A stretch of DNA of 33,494 bases from Gemmataceae bacterium (GTDB taxonomy: Bacteria > Planctomycetota > Planctomycetia > Gemmatales > Gemmataceae). This document shows positions 24,171 through 33,494 of the stretch, piece by piece; position 1 is the first letter of the stretch; the number at the start of each line of letters is the position of its first letter. The position numbers and the translations under genes were made by a program. The DNA is taken from assembly GCA_041499985.1 (NCBI GenBank), contig JBGQLF010000001.1, positions 1 through 33,494 of the forward strand. The letters run 5' to 3'. Below the pieces are notes generated by a model. The model had not been told where the DNA came from, did no database searches, and saw only the letters and a list, made by a program, of their open reading frames with translations.

Positions 24171-25170
24171 CGGTACGACCTCCCGTGAATAGTGCGTCCT
24201 GAACGTCGATATCGTTAATGCCACTTGTTTGCGGCTGCGGTGATCCTGGCTGCAAGAATCCGGCTTCCGCAAGCCGGTCCAGCAGCAGGTGAAAGTAAAT
24301 CAGCCCGCCATAGGGGTGCCATCGTTCCAGAACGCGGCGAGCCGCAGCGTCATCGAGCGGACTAGCCAGGTGCAGCCAGCGCTGTAAGTTGTTGCGAGCA
24401 CCCGCGACACCGCCAGGAAAAACGTGAGTCCGTCCCAGGCCGCGCAGCAAGACATATTCTGCCGTCCAAGATCCCACGCCTCGCAAGCCGTGGAGACACC
24501 TGACGGCCTCTTCATCGGGCAGTTCCGCCAGCCCTTCCAGGTCCAGACCTCCCTCGGTGATCGACTTGGCCAGCTCGATCATCGCGCGGCCTTTTTGCTG
24601 GCTGAACCCGAGTCGCCGCAGATCGGCTGGGCAAAGGCCGGCCAGGTCTTCTGGACGAGGGAAAGCGTGGGCGGCCGCGTCTCCCTCACGGACAGCAAGG
24701 CCGTAGTTGACGGTCAAGTGATTGAGGAGGCGAATGCCCAGAGTCCGCGTCACCTGCTGGCTAACAATCGCATTGATCACGCTCTCGAAGACGGTGGCGA
24801 AGCGCGGCGGCTTCATGCCCCGAAAGCGGCGTGCCAGTCGCCCCATTTGCCCCTGCCGCGCGAAACACCGGTAGAACCCTGCCAGGTCGATGCGCAGGCC
24901 GAGCAGCCTTTCCAGGGCTGACGCCACGGCGGCTTCCACCTTGGAGCCGAGGGGTTGGCCCTCGACCGAAACGTGCAACCGCGGCGTTTTGGGGGGCTCG
25001 ACCTGAGTGACCGCGACGTCAACGAGGCCACGCGACAACAGGAGCGCCCGGCGGTAGGTTTGTCCATCCCAGCGATCCACCGCGTTGTCCGGGCGGCGGC
25101 GCACCGCCCAGACCGTCAAATCCAGCCGGAAGGGTGGCACAGGCGCAAGCGAAAAAGTGCGCTGGCTCAT
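24154..25170 (-). CDS. AlkA-like HhH-GPD paralog lacking the catalytic Asp pair (predicted non-catalytic or altered)
   Basis: Colinear with the 22910..23893 product by eye. At residues 251-257 it reads FPGGVAG where the paralog reads FPGDDVG. Confidence 0.85.
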   Translation of the reverse strand: MSQRTFSLAPVPPFRLDLTVWAVRRRPDNAVDRWDGQTYRRALLLSRGLVDVAVTQVEPPKTPRLHVSVEGQPLGSKVEAAVASALERLLGLRIDLAGFYRCFARQGQMGRLARRFRGMKPPRFATVFESVINAIVSQQVTRTLGIRLLNHLTVNYGLAVREGDAAAHAFPRPEDLAGLCPADLRRLGFSQQKGRAMIELAKSITEGGLDLEGLAELPDEEAVRCLHGLRGVGSWTAEYVLLRGLGRTHVFPGGVAGARNNLQRWLHLASPLDDAAARRVLERWHPYGGLIYFHLLLDRLAEAGFLQPGSPQPQTSGINDIDVQDALFTGGRTDGTGL

Positions 25171-25739
25171 GGTAGTGTTTCAACCCCTGATAATGCTTCA
25201 TATGAGAGGCGTCCATCCACCAGATGCGCCGGCGAAGTATATGGATGCTCTTGAACTTTCCTCGTGCCCAAAATGTGGAAGACATGCACGCCTATCGCCT
25301 TGAGATAGTCAGCGATCATCGAACGGTGGCAGCGCCACCAGACCGCTTCGGAACACATGATCGCGGTTCGGCCGGCGCGGGCGATTTCCAATAGGCGATC
25401 AATGCCAGCGCGAAATGGCTGGGTCTCCATGTAGTCGGCATACCCGCGGAACGACGCATTGCGCCAGGCGATGTTGTGCGAGTCGCGGTGGACCGGCCGC
25501 CGCCCGCCAAGCTCGACCAAGGGCTCGTAACGGACACCTGTCGCGACCAAGGCATCATGCAATGCGACTTTGTTGAAGTGGGGATATTTGCGCGATCCGG
25601 GAAAGTGTCGCACATCAACGAGGATCTCGATCTCGTTATGACGCAGGGTGTCGATGAACTCCTCGATCGTACGGGTCGAGTGGCCGACGGTCCAGATTGC
25701 GAGTGAGTTAATGTTCACGGTGTCTGAACTCTCCAACAT
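25167..25739 (-). CDS. DUF488 domain protein
   Basis: IWTVGHSTRTIEEFIDTLRHNEIEILVDVRHFPGSRKYPHFN...AIMCSEAVWWRCHRSMIADYL is the typical DUF488 signature. The stop overlaps the next ATG (ATGA). Confidence 0.85.
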   Translation of the reverse strand: MLESSDTVNINSLAIWTVGHSTRTIEEFIDTLRHNEIEILVDVRHFPGSRKYPHFNKVALHDALVATGVRYEPLVELGGRRPVHRDSHNIAWRNASFRGYADYMETQPFRAGIDRLLEIARAGRTAIMCSEAVWWRCHRSMIADYLKAIGVHVFHILGTRKVQEHPYTSPAHLVDGRLSYEALSGVETLP

Positions 25740-25916
25740 GACGGCAAGTCGGCGAAGAAGAGAACCCCTGCATTGCGCTAACCCTTATAGATGCTCAAAA
25801 ACAAGTTGGCCATTTGGTACGCCGAGTGATAACGGGAGCTTTCGCGGTTTTTCTCGCCGATCCTTGCACTGATAGTGGTAATTGGCAAAACGATCAATCT
25901 ATTTTTGAGCGCGCCG

Positions 25917-28343
25917 TTATACATTGGTCCAAACCCAGTCGCGGACTTCCGGCATGTCCTCGAAATGCTCGCGCGTGTAGGTCTGGTGCTTGGCCAGCAT
26001 TTCCTGACACCATTCCGTGAGCGGTCCGGCTTGCGGGTAACCGGACCGCCGGAGCGCCTCCATGCACAGGTGAAAGCGGCTCATTTTGTTGCGGACAACC
26101 ATGTCGAAGGGCGTGGTCGTCGTCCCCTCGTCGATGAAGCCGCGCACGTGGAAGCGTTCCGTGTTCGTCCGGCCGTGGATGATCGCGTGGACCGCCCGTT
26201 GGTAGCCGTGGAAGGCAAAAACGACCGGCTTGGCCTCCGTGAAAAGTTCGATGAACTTGGCCTCCTCCAGGCCGTGCGGATGAATGACCGGGGGCGGAAG
26301 GCACATGAGGTCCACGACGTTGACCACCCGGACCTTCAGGCTCGGGGCGTGCTTGCGGAGTAGCCAGGCCGTCGCCACCACTTCCAGGGTCGGGATGTCT
26401 CCGGCCGAAGCCAGCACAACGTCCGGCTCGCCTCCCTGGTCGTTGCTCGCCCAGGGCCAGATCGACGCACCAGCGGCACAATGCTTGACGGCCGCGTCCA
26501 TGTCGAGCCACTGGAGCTGCGGCTGCTTGTCGATGACGATCAGGTTGACGTAATTCCGGCTGCGGAAGCAGTGGTCGGCCACGGACAGCAGGCAGTTGGC
26601 ATCCGGCGGCAGGTAGATGCGGGCCACCGTCCCCTTCGTGGCCAGCACCGTGTCGATCAGGCCGGGACCCTGGTGGCTGAAGCCGTTATGGTCGTTGCGC
26701 CAGCAGGTCGAGGTCAACAGGATGTTCAGCGACGGGACGGGGATGCGCCAGGAGAGGTCGAGGGATTTTTCCAACCATTTGGTGTGCTGGACCGTCATCG
26801 AGGCCGACACCATCGCGAACGCTTCATAGGTGGCGAAGAGGCCGTGGCGTCCGGTCAGGACGTAGCCCTCCAGCCAGCCCTGACAGAGGTGCTCGCTGAG
26901 CACTTCCATGACCCGGCCGTCCGGTGCCACGTGGTCGTCAATCGGAATGATCTTTCCGACCGAGCAGCGGTTCTCGACTTCAAAGACGTTGCCCAGCCGA
27001 TTCGAGTGCGTTTCGTCGGGGCAGAAGAGCCGGAAGTGCTTTGGTTTCACGGTCCCCTTGAACATGTCGCGCATCATCATGCCCAGCTGGCGTGTCGATT
27101 CGTGCCGTTCGGTGGCAGGCTTCGTGACGGGGATCGCGTAGCCGCGGAAATCGGGGAGGTCGAGGTCCACGGTGAGCTTGCCGCCGTTAGCGTGGGGGTT
27201 GGCGGCTATTCGCCGGTCGCCCTTGGGGGCGAGAGCGGCCAGCTTGGGGTCAAGCCGGCCGTTCTTATCGAAGAGTTCCTCCGGCCGGTAGCTGTGCATC
27301 CACTGTTCCAACATCTTGAGGTGGTCGGCGTTCTTCCTCACGTTGGGCAGTGGCACCTGATGGGCCCGGAACGTTCCCTCCACCGGCAGGCCATCAACGA
27401 CCTTCGGCCCGGTCCACCCCTTAAGGCTGCGCAGCACGATGACCGGCCAGGCTTTTTGCTTCGAGAAGCCCTCGGCACTCACTTCCTCCGCGATCGCGGC
27501 TGCGGTGGGTTGGCCGGGCCATGTCGGCCGCTTTGAAAAACCCTCGGCCCGCGCCTCGGCCTGGATGGCCCGGATTTTCGCGTAGCAGGTGTCCAGGGTC
27601 GCGGCGAACGCCTGGTGCATGGGCAAGGGATCGACTCCCTCGACCCAATGGACCTCGTAACCGTGGGCTTCGAGGAGCTTTTGGACGTCCTCATCGCGAT
27701 CCCGGCCCAGCACGGTGGGTCCGGAGATCTTGTAGCCGTTCAGGTGCAGGACGGGCAGCACGGCGCCATCGCGGACGGGGTTCAGGAACTTGACGCTTTT
27801 CCAGGAGCCTGCGAGCGGTCCCGTCTCCGCCTCACCGTCCCCGACGACGGCAACGGCGATGAGGTCCGGGTTGTCGAAGACGGCGCCGAAAGCATGCACG
27901 AGGACGTAGCCGAGTTCGCCGCCCTCATGAATGGAACCGGGGGTCGTGACACTGTCGTGGCTCGGGATGCCGCCTGGCGTTGAAAACTGACGGAAGAGGC
28001 GGCGCAGGCCCGCCGTGTCCTGCGACACCTCCGGGTAGATCTCGGAGTAGGTCCCGTCCAGGTAGGCGTTGGCGACGAGCGCGGGGCCGCCGTGTCCCGG
28101 GCCGGTCAGATAGATCACGTCGGCGTCGGTGTCCTGGATCAGGCGGTTCAGGTGTACGTAGATGAAGCTGAGGCCGGGCGAGGTTCCCCAGTGTCCGAGC
28201 AGCCGCGGCTTGATATGCTCCGGCCGCAGCGGCTCGCGCAGCAGGGGGTTCTCCTGCAAGTAGATTTGGCCGATCGTCAGGTAATTGGCCGCCTGCCAGT
28301 AGCGGTCCATGTCTCGCAAGCGGTTCGGATCGAGGTTTGCCAT
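25917..28343 (-). CDS. xfp: phosphoketolase (xylulose-5-P / fructose-6-P phosphoketolase)
   Basis: [27 protein letters not shown]...[19 protein letters not shown]...GPGHGGPA and the full-length pattern match phosphoketolase. I chose the start at 28343 (or 28346) because AAGGAGG lies at 28355-28349. The track start at 28415 is probably an over-extension. Confidence 0.95.
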   Translation of the reverse strand: MANLDPNRLRDMDRYWQAANYLTIGQIYLQENPLLREPLRPEHIKPRLLGHWGTSPGLSFIYVHLNRLIQDTDADVIYLTGPGHGGPALVANAYLDGTYSEIYPEVSQDTAGLRRLFRQFSTPGGIPSHDSVTTPGSIHEGGELGYVLVHAFGAVFDNPDLIAVAVVGDGEAETGPLAGSWKSVKFLNPVRDGAVLPVLHLNGYKISGPTVLGRDRDEDVQKLLEAHGYEVHWVEGVDPLPMHQAFAATLDTCYAKIRAIQAEARAEGFSKRPTWPGQPTAAAIAEEVSAEGFSKQKAWPVIVLRSLKGWTGPKVVDGLPVEGTFRAHQVPLPNVRKNADHLKMLEQWMHSYRPEELFDKNGRLDPKLAALAPKGDRRIAANPHANGGKLTVDLDLPDFRGYAIPVTKPATERHESTRQLGMMMRDMFKGTVKPKHFRLFCPDETHSNRLGNVFEVENRCSVGKIIPIDDHVAPDGRVMEVLSEHLCQGWLEGYVLTGRHGLFATYEAFAMVSASMTVQHTKWLEKSLDLSWRIPVPSLNILLTSTCWRNDHNGFSHQGPGLIDTVLATKGTVARIYLPPDANCLLSVADHCFRSRNYVNLIVIDKQPQLQWLDMDAAVKHCAAGASIWPWASNDQGGEPDVVLASAGDIPTLEVVATAWLLRKHAPSLKVRVVNVVDLMCLPPPVIHPHGLEEAKFIELFTEAKPVVFAFHGYQRAVHAIIHGRTNTERFHVRGFIDEGTTTTPFDMVVRNKMSRFHLCMEALRRSGYPQAGPLTEWCQEMLAKHQTYTREHFEDMPEVRDWVWTNV

Positions 28344-28421
28344 CATGTCCTCCTTCGCGGGCTTTGCTTCGTGTCGGGTGGAGACGACCGGTCCGTTTCC
28401 CTCTGAGGCCAACACCGACCA

Positions 28422-29639
28422 CTAATGGCTCTTCTCCATCAACTCCCTGGTGTGCCGGGCAATCATCAGGTCTTCATCGGTTCGCATGACACGCACAGTT
28501 GCCGAGCTGCCTTCCGGCGAAATGACGGGCGCGTGCGTTTCGTTGCGGCGCGGATCAATCCGGATGCCGAGAAACTCCAGGCCCTCACAGATGCGCAGGC
28601 GCACGGAGGCGGCGTGTTCCCCAATTCCTCCGGTAAAGACCAAGGTGTCCAGGCCGCCCAGGACCGCGGCCAAGGCACCGAGGTATTTTTTGGCCTGGTA
28701 GCAGAACAGCCCGACGGCTTCGGCGGCATGCCCGTCCGTGGATTCCCTTTCGAGCAGGTCGCGCATGTCCGCGCTGATCCCCGAGACGCCGAGAAGCCCG
28801 GCCTGCCGGTTGACCAGTTCGTTCAGCGCGGCTGGCGTCATCTTCCGTTCGGCCAGCAGGTACAAGAGAACGCCGGGATCGAGGTCGCCAGTGCGGGTGC
28901 CCATCATGAGGCCGCCAGCGGGCGTAAAACCCATGGTCGTATCGATGCCGATCCCGCCGCGCACCGCCGCCATGCTCGCCCCGTTCCCGAGGTGCGCAAT
29001 GAGGACACGGCCTTCCGCCTCTTTCGGAGCCATCGTGCGGAGTTCTTGCAGGATATATTCGTAGGACAGTCCGTGAAACCCGTAGCGGATCAAACCCTCG
29101 TCAGCGAAGTGCCGGAGCAGCGGGTAAAGTTGCGCGATCCGGGGCATATGCCGGTGAAACGCAGAGTCGGAGCAAGCCACTTGTGGAAGGTTCGGATAGG
29201 CCTTGACCGCGACCTGCATCGCCCGGATGGACTGGGGCAAGTGATCGGGTGCGATCGGCACCATTCCCTGGAGGATGGCGATGAACTCGGGAGTGATCCG
29301 CTGAGGCTCCTGGTAGTGGATGCCCCCATGCACCACCCGGTGCCCCACCGCGTCGAGGGCTGCAAGCTCCGGACGGTGCTGTCGCAGCCAGGCCAGCACT
29401 GCATCCAGGGCGGCGCCGTGATCGGCAAGGTCGCTCCTCTGGTCCATCAAGGTAACGCCGTGGGCGTCCGTGAGACGCAAGCGCCCCTCGGGGGCGCCGA
29501 TCCGCTCAACCTCCCCAGAGAGAATCCGCGTTTCTCCCCGCCCCATCTCGAACAGGGCAACCTTGAGGCTGGAAGAGCCGGTGTTGATCGTGAGTATCCG
29601 CTGGACAGTCTGGTTGTACATCGTCGATGACCTCACCAT
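28422..29639 (-). CDS. ackA: acetate kinase
   Basis: ILTINTGSSSLKVALFEM...GHRVVHGG...HLGNGASM...VFTGGIGEH are acetate/propionate kinase signatures. An alternative start lies at 29621 (MYNQ..., with gagg upstream). Confidence 0.95.
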   Translation of the reverse strand: MVRSSTMYNQTVQRILTINTGSSSLKVALFEMGRGETRILSGEVERIGAPEGRLRLTDAHGVTLMDQRSDLADHGAALDAVLAWLRQHRPELAALDAVGHRVVHGGIHYQEPQRITPEFIAILQGMVPIAPDHLPQSIRAMQVAVKAYPNLPQVACSDSAFHRHMPRIAQLYPLLRHFADEGLIRYGFHGLSYEYILQELRTMAPKEAEGRVLIAHLGNGASMAAVRGGIGIDTTMGFTPAGGLMMGTRTGDLDPGVLLYLLAERKMTPAALNELVNRQAGLLGVSGISADMRDLLERESTDGHAAEAVGLFCYQAKKYLGALAAVLGGLDTLVFTGGIGEHAASVRLRICEGLEFLGIRIDPRRNETHAPVISPEGSSATVRVMRTDEDLMIARHTRELMEKSH

Positions 29640-29812
29640 GGAAGGAAGGTCCAGATTAGCACCGCGGCGCCAATCGAAATCACCGCCACCACGACATACC
29701 AGGCGGGGTGGATGGAACTGAGAAACCTGCCGGGCTCGGGGTGCTTGTGCTCCTCTTTCTTGTGTTCGCGCTCTTGTCGATGGGACAGATCGTGTTCGGG
29801 TTGGTGGTCCAT
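29633..29812 (-). CDS. possible small membrane protein (59 aa) coupled to ackA
   Basis: Below the track size cut-off. My translation is MDHQPEHDLSHRQEREHKKEEHKHPEPGRFLSSIHPAWYVVVAVISIGAAVLIWTFLPW*. SD ggagac lies upstream, and the stop TGA overlaps the ackA ATG (ATGGTGA). Confidence 0.45.
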   Translation of the reverse strand: MDHQPEHDLSHRQEREHKKEEHKHPEPGRFLSSIHPAWYVVVAVISIGAAVLIWTFLPW

Positions 29813-29944
29813 GTCGTCTCCTGATTTCTAGCTTCCCTTCGATCGTCTGGCGGACTCAAAGATGTCCACTTGCTCCCGATAACGCCGGGCAATCTCGGCC
29901 ACGGCTGTCGCGCGCGTCTCTTCGCTTTCGAGCTGAATCTCGCT

Positions 29945-31699
29945 CTACTCCAAGAGCCGCCCTTTCAGTTCGATGGTTCCACTATCGCGTGCCCATTCTT
30001 CCAAGTGATCTGGGACCGGCGGAACCGGCTGGCTGGATACGGTGAGGCGGCCGTCAGAGTCGAGCTTGAGGAGGAAGTTGACGCGCAAGGCCGGTTCCTG
30101 GTTGGGATAATCTTTGCGGTGGTGCGCGCCTCGTGTCTCCCGCCGGGCGCTGGCCCCGAGCAGGCTGGCCTCAGCGCTGAGCAGTGAGGCACGCAGGTCC
30201 AGCACATGGGCAAGGTCGTCATAACCCTCAGAGGTCGGACGGACGTCCACGTAAGGCAGCGCCGCTTTCAGTTCGGCCACTTTGGCCAAGCCCTGTGCCA
30301 GGCCTTGCTCGGTGCGGACCACGCCACAGCACTCCCACATCGCATTGCGCAAGGCCCGTTGCAAGGGCCGGGCGAACTCGCGTCCGTTGCCAATGAGGCT
30401 GTTGAGTTCGTCGTCAGCCTCCTTGACCGCCTCACGGGAGCGGACCTGGGCCTCACAGGCCCGGGAGAAAGCCGCCGCCGCCTCGCCGGCCCGGCGTCCA
30501 AAGACCAGGGTCTCGGTCAGCGAGTTGCCGCCGAGCCGGTTGGCGCCATGCAGGCCTGCCGTGACCTCGCCGGCGGCGTACAACCCCGGCGCGTCAGTCG
30601 CGTGGGTGGCGGGATCGACAACGACACCGCCCATCGAGTAGTGGGCGGTGGGCGCGACTTCCATCCGCTCGCGGGAGATATCGAGCATCTGGAACTCAAG
30701 AAACTGGCGGTACATACGCGGCAACTTCTCAAGAATGTAGTCCTTCTCGCGATGCGAGATGTCGAGGAAAACGCCCCCGTGTGCGCCACCCCTGCCTTCC
30801 ATGATCTCCGTGTAGTTGGCCAGCGCGACCCGGTCGCGGGTGGAGAGTTCCATCCGTTCAGGGTCGTAGCGCTCCATAAAACGCTCTCCCACGGCGTTGA
30901 ACAGCCGGCCGCCCTCGCCCCGCACGGCTTCGGTCACCAACGTGCCAAGCATCTCCTCGGGCCAGACCATTCCCGTGGGGTGGAACTGGACCATCTCCAT
31001 GTCGGCGAGCCGGCAGCCGGCTTGCAGGGCCAGGTACATGCCGTCGCCATTGTTCTCATCGCGGCGCGAAGAACTCCGGCGCCAAACACGGGTATGGCCG
31101 CCGGTACACAGGATGACGGCGTCTGCCAGGTGGGCCGTTCGCTCCCCGGAAGCGAGGTCGAAGGCCAACGCGCCGAAGCAAACGCCATCACGGACCAGCA
31201 AGCGGGACACGTACTGGTTTTCTAAAACCCGGATGTGCAGTTCGTCAATCTTACCGGCCAGCGCCTGGATGATGGCACGCCCGGTGTAATCGCCCGCGTA
31301 GCAGGTACGGCGGTACTTGTGGGCTCCGAAAAAGCGCTGATCGAGCTTGCCCTCCGGCGTGCGGGCGAAGCGGCAGCCCCAGGCGGCAAGCTCCTCCACC
31401 GCCTGCGGCGCCTCACGGGCCATCAGTTCGACGACGCGCGGGTCGGACAGGCAATAGCCTTCCCTCAGCGTGTCGGCGAAATGCTGCTGCCACGAGTCCT
31501 CGGGATCACGCGTGCCCAGCGCGGCATTGATACCGCCAGCGGCGAGTACGGTGTGAGCGTCAAGGCGCTGCCGCTTCCCAATGACCAAGGCTTTGACGCC
31601 CGCCTGATGGGCGGCGATAGCCGCGCGCAGCCCCGCCGCCCCGGAGCCGATAATCAAGACGTTGCAGACGTTCGTGCGCGTGGCTGCCCTCGTTTCCAT
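29945..31699 (-). CDS. FAD-dependent oxidoreductase of the succinate dehydrogenase / fumarate reductase flavoprotein / L-aspartate oxidase family
   Basis: Dinucleotide fold VLIIGSGAAGLRAA, plus AHTVLAAGGINAAL, VQFHPTG and RGAHHRKDYP. No Fe-S or membrane-anchor subunit gene lies adjacent in the window. Confidence 0.85.
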   Translation of the reverse strand: METRAATRTNVCNVLIIGSGAAGLRAAIAAHQAGVKALVIGKRQRLDAHTVLAAGGINAALGTRDPEDSWQQHFADTLREGYCLSDPRVVELMAREAPQAVEELAAWGCRFARTPEGKLDQRFFGAHKYRRTCYAGDYTGRAIIQALAGKIDELHIRVLENQYVSRLLVRDGVCFGALAFDLASGERTAHLADAVILCTGGHTRVWRRSSSRRDENNGDGMYLALQAGCRLADMEMVQFHPTGMVWPEEMLGTLVTEAVRGEGGRLFNAVGERFMERYDPERMELSTRDRVALANYTEIMEGRGGAHGGVFLDISHREKDYILEKLPRMYRQFLEFQMLDISRERMEVAPTAHYSMGGVVVDPATHATDAPGLYAAGEVTAGLHGANRLGGNSLTETLVFGRRAGEAAAAFSRACEAQVRSREAVKEADDELNSLIGNGREFARPLQRALRNAMWECCGVVRTEQGLAQGLAKVAELKAALPYVDVRPTSEGYDDLAHVLDLRASLLSAEASLLGASARRETRGAHHRKDYPNQEPALRVNFLLKLDSDGRLTVSSQPVPPVPDHLEEWARDSGTIELKGRLLE

Positions 31700-31843
31700 T
31701 CGATCCTCTCCCTTACACTTCTTCCCTCAGCTTGTCGAGTTGCAATCGCCAGTGACACGGTACCGCTGAGATCCCCCGCGCACCCAGTTGACAGTCAATC
31801 GCGTCTACACCGACAGACGCCATTCATGAGGCACTGGCCTCCC

Positions 31844-33494
<1,651 letters not shown>

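Noticed and set aside
23147-31225. Long + strand ORFs opposite alkA, xfp, ackA and the flavoprotein (23147..23875, 26481..27536, 28425..29630, 30206..31225)
   Set aside because: These are mirror ORFs of well-supported minus-strand enzymes, with no motifs of their own.

Overview
High-GC bacterial window in two parts. Positions ~800-22150 are conjugative or mobilisable element DNA. This part holds a MOBF (TrwC/TraI-type) relaxase-helicase with a translationally coupled 173-aa ORF and a candidate oriT. It also holds a class-II Fic protein, the 3' half of an initiator-type tRNA-Met with no 5' half (an attP-like site), and a tyrosine integrase. A plasmid leading-region style block follows: small OB/PC4-like ORF, ParB-like protein, ArdC, a chain of coupled small ORFs, an IS110-family insertion, and a 1715-aa N6-adenine methyltransferase + SNF2 helicase polyvalent protein. 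No T4SS or coupling protein is visible. The window starts with a prepilin-type gene that runs off the edge and is missing from the ORF track. Positions ~22190-33494 look chromosomal and are all on the minus strand. They hold a cupin, a small acidic protein, two AlkA-like glycosylase paralogs (one lacking the catalytic Asp pair) with DUF2945 and DUF488, then xfp, ackA, an orphan Sdh/Frd/NadB-type flavoprotein, a DUF2090 aldolase-like protein and pgi (truncated by the window edge). The most unusual signal is a 130-200 nt structured module present three times (7578, 11638, 16761). Each copy sits directly upstream of a + strand gene or operon start. The copies share conserved 5' and 3' blocks, and their inner hairpin arms differ in sequence but keep pairing. 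I read this as a candidate ssDNA promoter or cis-regulatory leader family. Most other long ORFs in the track are antisense or shadow ORFs typical of high-GC DNA.
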